Part shown: piece after piece, positions 53,786 through 63,439 of the stretch | Numbering within the stretch: position 1 is the first letter of the stretch | How the letters are laid out: every line of letters begins with the position of its first letter | Assembly (NCBI GenBank): GCA_963761335.1 | Contig: CAVXGR010000004.1 | Location: forward strand, 134,992 to 198,991 | Direction: 5' to 3' | Length of the DNA stretch: 64,000 bases | From: an uncultured delta proteobacterium | GTDB lineage: Bacteria; Desulfobacterota; Binatia; HRBIN30; BPIQ01 | The notes under the pieces: generated by a model | Told to the model about the DNA's origin: nothing | Seen by the model: the letters and a program-made list of their open reading frames with translations, nothing else | The model's database searches: none | Program-made: the position numbers and the translations under genes

Positions 53786-56560
53786 TCAGGAGGAGCGCGC
53801 CGCCCGGCCCGGCGTCGGCGCGCCGCTGGCCAGGGCGAGCTGCTCGGTGGTGTTCTCCAGGCGGTCGCTGAGGATGCGCGTGAGGTTGAGGAACACCTTG
53901 GCCGCGATCCGCGGATAGCGCCGCTGGATGCGGTCGAGGAAGCCGCTGTCGAGGACCAGGTACTCGGCCCGTTCCGCCACCTGCACGTCGGCGGAGCGCG
54001 GCCGGGCTCGCACCAGGCCCATCTCGCCGATGACGTCGCCGCGGCCGAGGCTGCGGATGACGCGCTCGCCGGCGCTGTGGCGGACCTCGACGCGGCCGCT
54101 GAGCAGGACGTAGAGCTCGGCTTTGAGCTCGCCCCGGCGGGTGATCAGCGCCCCCGGAGACGCCGACGCCAGGTGGGCCATGAGCACGACGATTCTCGCC
54201 TGGAACGGCCGCAGGCCCTCGAACAACGGGATCTCCTTCTCCGGCTGCGGCCCGAGCTTGACGTAGAGCAGGTCCCAGAGAGTGATGATCGTGCGCGTCA
54301 TCAGAAGCGCCGGCGTGATCAGCAGATCGGCGAGCAGTGCCACGACCATGGTGATGCTGGCCAGCAGGCCGAAGTGTCGGATCGGCTGGAAGTTCGAGAG
54401 ACAGACGATGAGGAAACCGGCGGTGAGCGCGATCGAGGTGAAGACGATCGGACGGCCGACGGCGCGCCCGGTGCGCAGGATCGCGAGCTCCTGATCGCCG
54501 GTGCGGTGGATCTGCTTGTTGAAGGCGGTCAGGTAGTGGATGGTGTCGTCGACGGCGATGCCGACGGCGATCACGGCGATCATGCTGGTGGAGACGTTGA
54601 GGGTGATGCCCGACCAGCCCATCACTCCGAAGAGGACGGCGATGGGCACGACGTTGGGGATCAGCGACAGGGCGCCGGCGCGCACCGAGAGAAAGAGCAG
54701 CGACATCAGTGCCAGCAGGACGCTGAGTACCTGCACCAGACCCCAGATCTGCCCGTGCGCCAGAGCGTCGGCGGAGCGGTCGAGCAGGACCACGGTGCCC
54801 GTGGCGCGTACGGTGATGCCGCGGCGAAAACGGGTGCGGGCGTACTTCTCGACCCGGGCGACGAAGTCGTTTACTTCTGCCGACGCCGACAGTCGGGTGC
54901 GCACGATGATGTTGGCCCGCGAGAACTTGTCATTCAGCACCGGCTTGAAGTCGGCGGGATCGACGAAGAGCAGCAGCTGATCGAGGTCTGCCTGCCGGTC
55001 CGGCAGGATCGTGGTCGCGTCCGGGTTCACCACGTGCCAGATGACCGATAGGTAGTCGACCACGGAGAGGCTGCCGTCGACCTCGGGTTGCTCGCCGATG
55101 AACTGCTGCAGGTCGCTGATCGCACCCAGGGTCTCGAGATGGGTGATCGACCCCGGCTCCTGGGAGTCGACGACGACGTAGATCGGCTGCGTGCCGCCGA
55201 GGCTCTGGGCGATGCGCGCGTTGTCGCGGCGGAAGACACTGGTCGGGCTGAAGAAGCCGAGGTAGTCGGTCTCCACCCGGATGTGGGTGGCCCCCCACAC
55301 CCCCAACCCGCACACCAGGGCGGTCGCCAGCAGGACGGCGCGCCGGTGGCGGACGGCGCCGTAGCCGAGCCGTCCGAGCAGAAGCGTGATCCAGGTGTGC
55401 TGCTCCTCCTCGCGGCGCGGCAGCGGCGGCACGGGCATCACCATCAGCATCGCCGGAATGAAGCCCAGCGAGACGACGAAGATGCTGAAGACGCCGAACA
55501 CCGAGTAGATGCCAAAATCGCGGATGGCGCGGATGGGGCTGATGATCAGCGAAGCGAAGCCGAGCATTGTGGTCAACGAGGCGACCGCCACCGGGACGCG
55601 GATGTCCGCCATGGTGGCACCGACCACGGCCGGGCGGGAGCGCTCGCCCTGGAGATGGTGCTCGTACGCAAAGGTGATCTGGTGGTAGTAGGCGCTGACG
55701 ATGTGGGTGGCGTAGGCGATGCCGATGGCCATCAGCAGCGGCGGCAGCACCAGAGTGCCGATGTTGATGGCGCTCCCCGCCAGCACCATCACCCCGGTGG
55801 TCCAGACGACGCCGATCAGCACCGACGCCAGCGGCAGGAACACGCCGCGGCGTGTGCGAAACTCGACGGCGAGGACCGCGATCACCAGGAGGACGGCCAG
55901 AGGAATGAACTTGGCGAGATCCTCCTGCATCAGACGGGCGCCGTTCACCTTGAGCGTCTGCAGTCCGGTGATGGCGTACTCTTCCGGTCCGCTGCCGAAC
56001 ACCTGGCGGGTCGCCGCCTCGATCTTCTGCTGGATGTTGCGCTGCAGGAACTCCTCGTCGCTCATCGCCTCGAAGAGGACGACGATCCCCGTGGCCGTGC
56101 CCTCGGCGTTGATGATACTGCCGACAGTGAGCGGGTTGGCGAGGACCGCCTGCTTGAAGGCGGCGACTTGCTGGCGCGTCTTCGGCGGCTCCTTCATCAG
56201 CACGCCGACGTGAACGCCGAGGTCGTCGGACACCACGCCCTTCATGGTGCTGAGGCTGAGGACGTCGCGCACTCCGTCGACCTTGCGCAGGCGCTGCGAC
56301 AGATCGTCGATCTTCTCCAGGGTTCCGGCGGCGAACACGTCCGGGGCAAAGACGCCGATGACGGTGGCCTCCTCGCTGCCGAAGACGCGCTTGACCTCTT
56401 CGTAATAGAGGCGGTCGGGGTCGCGCAGGGGCAGCAGGTTCTCCACCGAGCTGTCGACCTGGATGGAGCGCGCGAAGAAGCCCAGGAACAGCGTCAGGCC
56501 GAGGAGTAGCGCCAGGGTCGTCTTCGGGGCGTTCAGCGGCAGCGACACCAGGCGACTCAT
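53786..56560 (-). CDS. MMPL/RND family transporter with C-terminal cyclic-nucleotide-binding-like domain
   Basis: Two MMPL repeats (GIAVDDTIH); C-terminal LFEGL..ELYVLLSGRVEV..GDVIGEMGLV..PRSADV. Confidence 0.9.
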   Translation of the reverse strand: MSRLVSLPLNAPKTTLALLLGLTLFLGFFARSIQVDSSVENLLPLRDPDRLYYEEVKRVFGSEEATVIGVFAPDVFAAGTLEKIDDLSQRLRKVDGVRDVLSLSTMKGVVSDDLGVHVGVLMKEPPKTRQQVAAFKQAVLANPLTVGSIINAEGTATGIVVLFEAMSDEEFLQRNIQQKIEAATRQVFGSGPEEYAITGLQTLKVNGARLMQEDLAKFIPLAVLLVIAVLAVEFRTRRGVFLPLASVLIGVVWTTGVMVLAGSAINIGTLVLPPLLMAIGIAYATHIVSAYYHQITFAYEHHLQGERSRPAVVGATMADIRVPVAVASLTTMLGFASLIISPIRAIRDFGIYSVFGVFSIFVVSLGFIPAMLMVMPVPPLPRREEEQHTWITLLLGRLGYGAVRHRRAVLLATALVCGLGVWGATHIRVETDYLGFFSPTSVFRRDNARIAQSLGGTQPIYVVVDSQEPGSITHLETLGAISDLQQFIGEQPEVDGSLSVVDYLSVIWHVVNPDATTILPDRQADLDQLLLFVDPADFKPVLNDKFSRANIIVRTRLSASAEVNDFVARVEKYARTRFRRGITVRATGTVVLLDRSADALAHGQIWGLVQVLSVLLALMSLLFLSVRAGALSLIPNVVPIAVLFGVMGWSGITLNVSTSMIAVIAVGIAVDDTIHYLTAFNKQIHRTGDQELAILRTGRAVGRPIVFTSIALTAGFLIVCLSNFQPIRHFGLLASITMVVALLADLLITPALLMTRTIITLWDLLYVKLGPQPEKEIPLFEGLRPFQARIVVLMAHLASASPGALITRRGELKAELYVLLSGRVEVRHSAGERVIRSLGRGDVIGEMGLVRARPRSADVQVAERAEYLVLDSGFLDRIQRRYPRIAAKVFLNLTRILSDRLENTTEQLALASGAPTPGRAARSS

Positions 56561-56660
56561 CGCGCCACTGTCTAGCCCAGCTTTCCCGCCGCTGAAAGGG
56601 TTTCCCGGCCGGCGCCGCGCCGTGCGCCTATCGCCCCCTGGTGGCGGGCGACGCCAGTCA

Positions 56661-58268
56661 CTACTGGAGCACGTCGACGTCCGCGGCGGCTTCAGCCATA
56701 TCGATGATCAGGTTGCGGTCGACGGTGCCCTCGCTGACCAGGTCGGGGCGCGACACCGCCAGGGCGCGCAGGAAGCGCGGCGGGAAGGGGCGGAAGCGCA
56801 GCTGCGCCGAAACGTGCAGCGGCCCTGAAAGCGCCTCCGGCAGCGGCACGTCGTAGGGAACGCGAATGGTTTGCAGCGGCGGCACCGAGTGGGAGTTGTC
56901 CATGTGATTGGCGATGAAGGGCATGAAGACCTCCCCCGCAGCAGCCTGCCGCACGCGCACGAATTGATTGCCGAAGTTGTAGAGGCCCAGGTTCACCTCG
57001 GGGCGCTGGTTGCGGTCCGGGCCGTCGACCAGATCGGCCTCCATGGTCGCCGCATCAACACTGCCCCAGAAATCGTTCAGGTCCTCGTCGTTGAGGCGGC
57101 CGTCAGGGGCGATCTCTCCGGTGTCGGGGTGTGCCTGGTCGACCAGGTATCCCGATTGGTAGATGAGGGTGCCGCCGGCATCGGTGACCCGCAGGTCGAT
57201 CCACATCTGCCGTTCCTGGGAGAATCCGCTCGGCACGTTGTGACCGGCACCGACGTTGGTGACGTCGACCGCGATCGGCAGGACCTCTCCCGGGGCGACC
57301 TCGGCCGGGGTCTCCACGGCTACGGTGCAGGCGGCGCGCAACAGATCGCCGCGGCGCTGCGCCTGGCCGATGGGAATTCTGTGGGCGTCGAGGCCGTCGT
57401 CGAGCTGGCCGGGGAAGTCGATCAGGGCGACATCCACGCCGGTGAAGTAGTGACTGCTCACCGCACGCGTGGGCGCGTTGAAGCGGATGGCGGCGACGTC
57501 CTGGAAGTAGGTCCCCGGGGGCGCGTACGGATACGCCGACATGTGGCAGTCCTGGCAGGTGATCACGCGACCGTAGGGGTTGTCGGCGGTGGCGTAGGGC
57601 CCGGAGCGCCACTCGGTGAAGGCGTTCTCCAGGCGGAGGAAGGGCTCGCCGGTGACCGTGTCGGTCGGTGCCAGGCGCACGTCGTGGCAGGAGCCGCAGA
57701 ACTCCGGGCTGCGGATGTAGTCGCTCGGCTGCGACTCGTGCACCGGATTGGCGACGGGCTGGGTGAACGGTCCGAGCTTGACCACGCCCGGGTCGAGGAT
57801 GAAAGCGGCGTTGGCAATGCCGTCGCCGAGAAGGCTGCCGGCGAGGTTGGCGTGCGCCACCTGATGGCAGAAGTCGCACGACAGGCCGTGCTGGCCGACG
57901 GCGCCGAGGAAGTCGCGCGACGGTCTTCCGGCGGTATCGGCGTAGGGCGGGAACTCGTCGAGGGCGACGCTGATGGGGCTGTGGCAGCCCTGGCAGAAGA
58001 GGCGCTCCCTGCCGTCGGCGGCGAAGTCCCCGGCGGTGAAGGCATTTCCCGCCGCCTCGAGAGCGTTGAAGACGGGGCTGACGGCGGCGTAGGCCATCAT
58101 CGATCCCTGCCATTCGCGGTACTGGCGCTCGTGGCAGCTGGCGCAGTCGGCGGGGTGGGCGAAGCGGGCCTGGATCTGGCTGCTGCCGTCAGTGGACGGC
58201 GAGCCGGCACATCCTGCCAGCAACACACCGGTGGCTACCCAGAGCCACAGAGATACCCGCTGAGACAT
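56661..58268 (-). CDS. Pentaheme c-type cytochrome lipoprotein (c554-like) with C-terminal beta domain
   Basis: LAGC lipobox; CASCH, CQGCH, CDFCH, CGSCH, CQDCH; NVGAGHNVPSG. Confidence 0.88.
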   Translation of the reverse strand: MSQRVSLWLWVATGVLLAGCAGSPSTDGSSQIQARFAHPADCASCHERQYREWQGSMMAYAAVSPVFNALEAAGNAFTAGDFAADGRERLFCQGCHSPISVALDEFPPYADTAGRPSRDFLGAVGQHGLSCDFCHQVAHANLAGSLLGDGIANAAFILDPGVVKLGPFTQPVANPVHESQPSDYIRSPEFCGSCHDVRLAPTDTVTGEPFLRLENAFTEWRSGPYATADNPYGRVITCQDCHMSAYPYAPPGTYFQDVAAIRFNAPTRAVSSHYFTGVDVALIDFPGQLDDGLDAHRIPIGQAQRRGDLLRAACTVAVETPAEVAPGEVLPIAVDVTNVGAGHNVPSGFSQERQMWIDLRVTDAGGTLIYQSGYLVDQAHPDTGEIAPDGRLNDEDLNDFWGSVDAATMEADLVDGPDRNQRPEVNLGLYNFGNQFVRVRQAAAGEVFMPFIANHMDNSHSVPPLQTIRVPYDVPLPEALSGPLHVSAQLRFRPFPPRFLRALAVSRPDLVSEGTVDRNLIIDMAEAAADVDVLQ

Positions 58269-58356
58269 CGATTCGTTCCCGCCTCGGGGCTCGACCCATC
58301 CCCGCCCGCCGAGTCACCACAGCTTCCTCTTTGGCAGGCTTTCGGGCTTCTAGCAA

Positions 58357-59367
58357 TCAGCCGCGTGAACCCGCGGGCTGCGGATAGTGGACGTAGCTGT
58401 CGATGATGATGTCGACCAGCTCGTGGTCCGGCGGCCGCTCCTCGATGACGCCGCGCTCGCGCAGATCGGCGACCATGCGGTCGAGAACGACGCCGACCTC
58501 GAGGTCGTCGCTGTGGCTGTGCCAGGCGCGGCATTCCGCCTCGTCGGCAAAGCAGTAGGCCTTCCAGGAGACCGAAAAGCGCAGATCTTCCCAGTCGTAC
58601 TCCGCGATCGTCTCCTCCCCGTCGATGACCCGCCAGCGGCGCTTGCCGGCGAAGCCGAGCCGCATTCCCGGGCGCAGGCGATCGACGCTTGCGGCGCTCT
58701 CGGCGACGCGGTCGACACCGTGAAAGACCGAGTCGGTATCCAGCAGTACGGCGGTGTTGAAGCGGACCGGCTGCGCCACCGGCGGGGCCTCGGGGCCATC
58801 CGGGTAGAAGGCGAACTCGCCGCCGCGGCAGTCGTGGAACCAGGCAACTCCCGTGGCGATCGGCGCACGCCATTTCTCGAAGAGGCCGGAATGACGCATG
58901 GCGACGATCAGCCACTGCGGATGGGTCTTGCGACTGACACCGCGGAACTCGGGGACATCGGTGTGTACCGCCAGCTCCTGGCCGGGAACCAACAGATTGG
59001 CGAAGACGATGGCGGGCTCGACCAGCGGCCGGCCGTGCAGAGCGCGCGCCGCCTCGGCGAATCCGGGGTGATCGCGGAAGCCGCGGATTCCCTCGGCGGC
59101 GACCTCGTCGCCGTACGCATAGGTCTCGCGGAAGTAGTTGGTGCGCGCCGCCAGAACCTGCACCGGCTCGCTGCGCCCAAAGCGGCCGCCGCCGCGAATG
59201 AAGTTGCGTACCGCATCCCAGCGCGCCGGCAGCCCTTCGCCGATGCCGGCGAAGGTCGGCTCCTCCGAGTACATGCCATACGAGCCGAAGCGCTCGCAGA
59301 GATCGACCATGGCGTCGGCCGCGCTCGGCAACAGCAGCGGATCGAATACGGTGTAATCGTGCTTCAT
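58357..59367 (-). CDS. Hypothetical protein, probable Fe(II)/2-oxoglutarate-oxygenase fold
   Basis: HTD ... GGEF ... FHGV ... RFS pattern (HxD..H..RxS). Confidence 0.5.
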   Translation of the reverse strand: MKHDYTVFDPLLLPSAADAMVDLCERFGSYGMYSEEPTFAGIGEGLPARWDAVRNFIRGGGRFGRSEPVQVLAARTNYFRETYAYGDEVAAEGIRGFRDHPGFAEAARALHGRPLVEPAIVFANLLVPGQELAVHTDVPEFRGVSRKTHPQWLIVAMRHSGLFEKWRAPIATGVAWFHDCRGGEFAFYPDGPEAPPVAQPVRFNTAVLLDTDSVFHGVDRVAESAASVDRLRPGMRLGFAGKRRWRVIDGEETIAEYDWEDLRFSVSWKAYCFADEAECRAWHSHSDDLEVGVVLDRMVADLRERGVIEERPPDHELVDIIIDSYVHYPQPAGSRG

Positions 59368-59435
59368 GCGCCTCTCCCACCCCGACGCCTAGCACGGCTT
59401 TGCCCAACGAATCGAGCCCACGGGGACGTCGCCGA

Positions 59436-59636
59436 GGGTTGTTGGGTTGTTGCGTTGTTGGTTGTTGGTGAAAAGGGGTGATGACCTAACAACCTAACAA
59501 CCTAACAACCTAACAACCTAACAACCTAACAACCTAACAACCTAACAACGTAGCAGCCAACAACCCGCCCGCAGCCAACGGGCATCCCGTTGTGGCAAAG
59601 CCCGCCTAGCGCCCTCACACCCAACACCTCAACACC
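59436..59636. repeat. Inverted octamer-array element (E8) with 8 perfect ACCTAACA copies
   Basis: 59484-59547 = (ACCTAACA)x8; flanks homologous to E2. Confidence 0.93.
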
Positions 59637-59662
59637 GTGGGGCGGGTGGGGCCATCGCAAGC

Positions 59663-62008
59663 TCACGCCGGACGGGGGTCCTCGGGGACCCAGACGCGGA
59701 AGCTGGAGCCGGCGCCTTCGCGGCTTTCGAAGCTGATGCGCCCCCCGAGCATCTCCAGAAGCCGGCGGGCGATGTAGAGGCCGAGGCCGACCCCCTGGGA
59801 CGGCGGCCCGGCGCTGACCTGGTGGAACGGCTCGAAGATGGCCTCGCGCGCCGATTGCGGGATGCCGATTCCCGTGTCGCGGATCTCGACCTCGATGCCG
59901 CCGCGGGTCGCCGCGGCGCTGACCTCGACGCTTCCCCGCTGCGTGAACTTCAGCGCGTTGCCGACCAGGTTCTTGATCACCACCTTGAGCTTCACCGCGT
60001 CGGTGAGCACGGCCGGCAGCTCCTCGGGGACCTCCCATTCGAGCGCCACGCCGGGATTGCGTGCCAGCGACTCGGCCTCGTGCGCCAGCTCGCGGAGCAG
60101 CTGGGCGACGTCCGTGGCCCTGAGATCGAGAGAGAAGCGCTGGCGATCGATGCGGCTGAGGTCGAGCGTCGTGTCGATCAGCTCGCGCATGCGTTGCACG
60201 TGCTGCTGCATCTCCCCCATCTGCGCTTCCTGCTCGGGGCTCAGCGAGCCGAACTCCTTGTGCAGCAGCAGCTCGCTGAGCATGGCGATGCTCGCCAGCG
60301 GCGAGCGCAGCTCGTGCGACAGGGTCGCCATCAGATCGGACTTGAGCCGGCTGGCGCGTTCCAGCTCCTGCATGAGACGGGCGTGGTCGAGCGCCAGCGA
60401 TGCGGCCTGCCCGATCCCCTCGGCGATGCGCTTCTGCTGATCGCTGAACCCCTGCCGGCGACCGCGATAGCCGGCGGTCTGCACGCCGATCATCTCGCCA
60501 CCGCGGTGCAGGCCGACGTAGAGGGCCACGGTGATGCCGTACTTCTGCGGCAGAACCGCGGGCAGGAGCTGCTGCTGCTCCGACATGACGATCTCCGCGG
60601 TCTTCTCCGTCCGCAGGCGCTGCATCAGACCGCTGACCACTGCGGCCGGTACCTTGAGCGCCCGCATCGACTCCCAGCTCTCCTGGGCGTCGCCGTGGCC
60701 GGCGACCGTCGCGTAGACCTGCTCCTCGGGGTCCCACAGCCAGGTGTGGCTGAAGTCGCACTTCAGGACCTCCGCCGTCACCCGACAGAGTCGGTCGAGG
60801 AGGTCGGAGCTGTCGAGGGCGGCGATGGTCTCCTGGCCGACGCGCGCCAGCGCCTCCGTCACCGCGTACTCCTGCCTCAGCTTGTCCTCCGCCTCCTTGC
60901 GCTCGGTGATGTCGCGGACGTTGACGACGATGTGCTCTCCCTGGGGGACGTCGAAGCGGCGGCTGCCGGCGGCCTCGAGGACGCGCCAGGCGCCGTCTTC
61001 GCGCCGGGCGCGGATCTCGATCGTGCCCTCCTGCTCGCCGACGTAGGCGAGCAGCTGGGACGCCCTGCCGACGTCGTCCTCGTGCACGACGGACAGGGCG
61101 TTCTCCCCGAGCAGGTCGGCGGGGTTGTAGCCGAGCACGCGCTCGATCGACGGGCTGGCATAGTAGACGGTGCCGTCGCGGTCGAGAACCAGGATGACGT
61201 CCGAGGTCTTCTCGATGAGCGAGCGAAAGTGGGCTTCGCGCTCGCGCAGCGCCTCTTCTGTGCGCCGCCGCGCGGCGATGCCGTGGAAGGCCCACACGAA
61301 TCCGGTGATCTGCTCGGTGTCGTCGCGGGCGACGGTTGCGGACACCTCGATGGGAGTCTCGCCGCCACGTCCGAGGAGCAGGACCTGCTTCGGCTCTGCG
61401 GCCTTCTGGTCGGGAGGCTGGCGGGTCCCGGGCGCGCCTCCGGGCAGCGGCGCCGTGCGAAATACCTGCGCCAGCTCCTTGCCGCGCGCCGCCGCGGCCG
61501 TCCAGCCGGTGAGGGCCTCGGCGACCGGGTTCATGAGGCGAACGAAACCCTCTCCGTCGGTGGCGATGATGGCGTCGCCGACAGCGCTGAGCACCGTCTC
61601 CAGCCAGCACTGCCCCTCTTCGACCTGTTTCTCCAGCGAGTGACGATGCAGAGCCATCTGGATGGTGGCGTGCAGCTCGCGCTCGCCGAACGGCTTGACC
61701 ACGTAGCCGTACGGGCCGGTGTCCTGCGCCCGCGCCAGGGTGGCGTCGTCGGCGTAGGCGGTGAGGTAGGCGACCGGAACGCGAAAGCGCGCGTGAAGCT
61801 GGCGGGCGGCCTCGATGCCGTCGGTGTCACCGCTCAGGTGGATGTCCATCAGCACCAGGTCCGGAGGTGACGCCTCGGCTCGCTCCATCGCTTCCGCGGC
61901 GGAGTGGGCGATACCGCTGACGTCGTAGCCCATGCGCCGCAGGCGCGCCTCGATGTCCTTGGCGGTGATCGCTTCGTCTTCGACCACGAGGATGCGCGCT
62001 TCGATCAT
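59663..62008 (-). CDS. Cytoplasmic hybrid kinase REC-PAS-PAS-GAF-HisKA-HATPase
   Basis: ILVVEDE/LMDIHL/YVVKPF; PAS-like MNPVAEALTGW and SPSIERVLGY; SHELRSPL, NLVGNALKFT, GVGLGL. Confidence 0.93.
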   Translation of the reverse strand: MIEARILVVEDEAITAKDIEARLRRMGYDVSGIAHSAAEAMERAEASPPDLVLMDIHLSGDTDGIEAARQLHARFRVPVAYLTAYADDATLARAQDTGPYGYVVKPFGERELHATIQMALHRHSLEKQVEEGQCWLETVLSAVGDAIIATDGEGFVRLMNPVAEALTGWTAAAARGKELAQVFRTAPLPGGAPGTRQPPDQKAAEPKQVLLLGRGGETPIEVSATVARDDTEQITGFVWAFHGIAARRRTEEALREREAHFRSLIEKTSDVILVLDRDGTVYYASPSIERVLGYNPADLLGENALSVVHEDDVGRASQLLAYVGEQEGTIEIRARREDGAWRVLEAAGSRRFDVPQGEHIVVNVRDITERKEAEDKLRQEYAVTEALARVGQETIAALDSSDLLDRLCRVTAEVLKCDFSHTWLWDPEEQVYATVAGHGDAQESWESMRALKVPAAVVSGLMQRLRTEKTAEIVMSEQQQLLPAVLPQKYGITVALYVGLHRGGEMIGVQTAGYRGRRQGFSDQQKRIAEGIGQAASLALDHARLMQELERASRLKSDLMATLSHELRSPLASIAMLSELLLHKEFGSLSPEQEAQMGEMQQHVQRMRELIDTTLDLSRIDRQRFSLDLRATDVAQLLRELAHEAESLARNPGVALEWEVPEELPAVLTDAVKLKVVIKNLVGNALKFTQRGSVEVSAAATRGGIEVEIRDTGIGIPQSAREAIFEPFHQVSAGPPSQGVGLGLYIARRLLEMLGGRISFESREGAGSSFRVWVPEDPRPA

Positions 62009-62043
62009 CGGCTTGCTCAGCCTTGCCGTTGGGTCGGGACTTT

Positions 62044-63033
62044 TCAAGGGCGATGCGGAAAGGTGATGGTGAACTCGGTTCCCGCCCGGGTGCGGGTCTC
62101 GATGCGGCCGCCCAGCTGTCGGGTGAGCGCCTCGACCAGCTGCCAGCCGAGACCGGCGCAGTCGCGCCAGTCGGCGCCGTTCGCCAGGCCGACGCCGTCA
62201 TCGCCGACGCGCAGCACGTGCTCGTCTCCCGCCTCGCGGAGCTCGACCTGTATCTCCCCGGGTGCATCGGCCGGAAAGGCGTGGCGCAGGGAGTTGGACA
62301 CCAGCTCGTTGATGATCAGGCCACAGGGCAGGGCGGTCTCCAGGTCGAGCCATTCCGGCTCGACGGCGATGTGCAGCTGCACGGCGCTCGGCGAGGCGGC
62401 CGAGCGCACCAGCCGCTGGGCAATGTCGCGGACGAAAGGCTCGGCTTCGAGGCGGGTGAGGTTGTGCGAGCGGTACAAAGCCTCGTGAATGGAGGCGATC
62501 AGGCGCACGCGGTTCTCGCTTTCGCGAAACTGCGCCAGCGCTTCGGGGTCCTGGACGCGCGTGCTCTGCAGGCTGAGGAGACTGGAGACCACCTGTAGGT
62601 TGTTTTTCACCCGGTGGTGCAGCTGCTTGATCAAGCTCTCGTTCTCGCGGGCCGCCTCCAGCTCGGCGGGGTAGGGCAGCGCCAGGGCCCGCGGCACGAG
62701 GCGGACGAGAAGGGCGGCGGCGGCCACCGACAGCACGGCGGTGGCCAGCTTGAGGATGCCTTCGAAGGCATAGGCGGGCCGCCAGAGAGTCCAGATGGCC
62801 AGCAGGTGGGCGGCGCCGGCGGCGAGGATGAAGGCGCCGAAGAAGAGGTAGATGCGCGGGAAGGGCAGGTCGCGGCGGCGGCGCACGTAGTAGAAGAGGG
62901 TGGCGGCGATGACGAAGTAGGCGGCGGCGATCAGCGCATCGGAGATCACGTGCAGCCAGACGAGCCCCGGAGCGCCGCCGTACGGCTGACCGTGCGAGAC
63001 CAGCTCAGCCGGAATGTCGTTCAACCCGGACAT
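62044..63033 (-). CDS. Sensor histidine kinase (HisKA_2) with ethylene-receptor-like 3-TM N-terminal domain
   Basis: SDALIAAAYFVI..FGAFILAAGAAHLL..KLATAVLS..LVPRALALP; HHRVKNNLQ, ELVSNSLRHAF, DDGVG, GLG. Confidence 0.88.
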   Translation of the reverse strand: MSGLNDIPAELVSHGQPYGGAPGLVWLHVISDALIAAAYFVIAATLFYYVRRRRDLPFPRIYLFFGAFILAAGAAHLLAIWTLWRPAYAFEGILKLATAVLSVAAAALLVRLVPRALALPYPAELEAARENESLIKQLHHRVKNNLQVVSSLLSLQSTRVQDPEALAQFRESENRVRLIASIHEALYRSHNLTRLEAEPFVRDIAQRLVRSAASPSAVQLHIAVEPEWLDLETALPCGLIINELVSNSLRHAFPADAPGEIQVELREAGDEHVLRVGDDGVGLANGADWRDCAGLGWQLVEALTRQLGGRIETRTRAGTEFTITFPHRP

Positions 63034-63116
63034 CGTTCGCGCACCCGACAACGCGGTCGCCGACGCATGAGAAGAGATGATAGCCCATTGCTGCCCGACT
63101 GCGAAGCTCCGGGGCG

Positions 63117-63187
63117 CTGGGAGCGCGGCCGTCTCGGCCGCAACGGCGGAGCGGCGGGGGAAGCGGCCGGGACGACCGCGCTCCCAG
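63117..63187. repeat. R2 REP-like inverted doublet
   Basis: CTGGGAGCGCGGCCGTCTCGGCCGC ... GCGGCCGGGACGACCGCGCTCCCAG. Confidence 0.8.
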
Positions 63188-63285
63188 GGGCGATGAGGCT
63201 CCGTCGCATCTGCCGAGCATCCTTGAAGCCACGGTCCCCCTGTGGTAGCTGCTTCGGTTTCCAGCGCACGAGGCGCGCAAACCAT

Positions 63286-63358
63286 TCCCCGGTAGCTCAG
63301 TCGGTAGAGCGATCGGCTGTTAACCGATTGGTCGCTGGTTCGAATCCGGCCCGGGGAG
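63286..63358 (+). tRNA. tRNA-Asn (GTT), CCA not encoded
   Basis: Acceptor stem TCCCCGG/CCGGGGA, D-arm AGCTCAGTCGGTAGAGC, anticodon loop CTGTTAA, T-loop GGTTCGAATCC. Confidence 0.97.
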
Positions 63359-63439
63359 CTGGAAAATCAAGGGTTTGGGGGCAGGGATGCCCCGAGTTTT
63401 CGGTTCGACTTTCGGCCGGTCCGTCGATATTTTCGCGCC

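Noticed and set aside
59484..59547. Telomere-like (TTAGG-containing) repeat
   Set aside because: Internal, short and part of the inverted octamer element family; resemblance is probably coincidental
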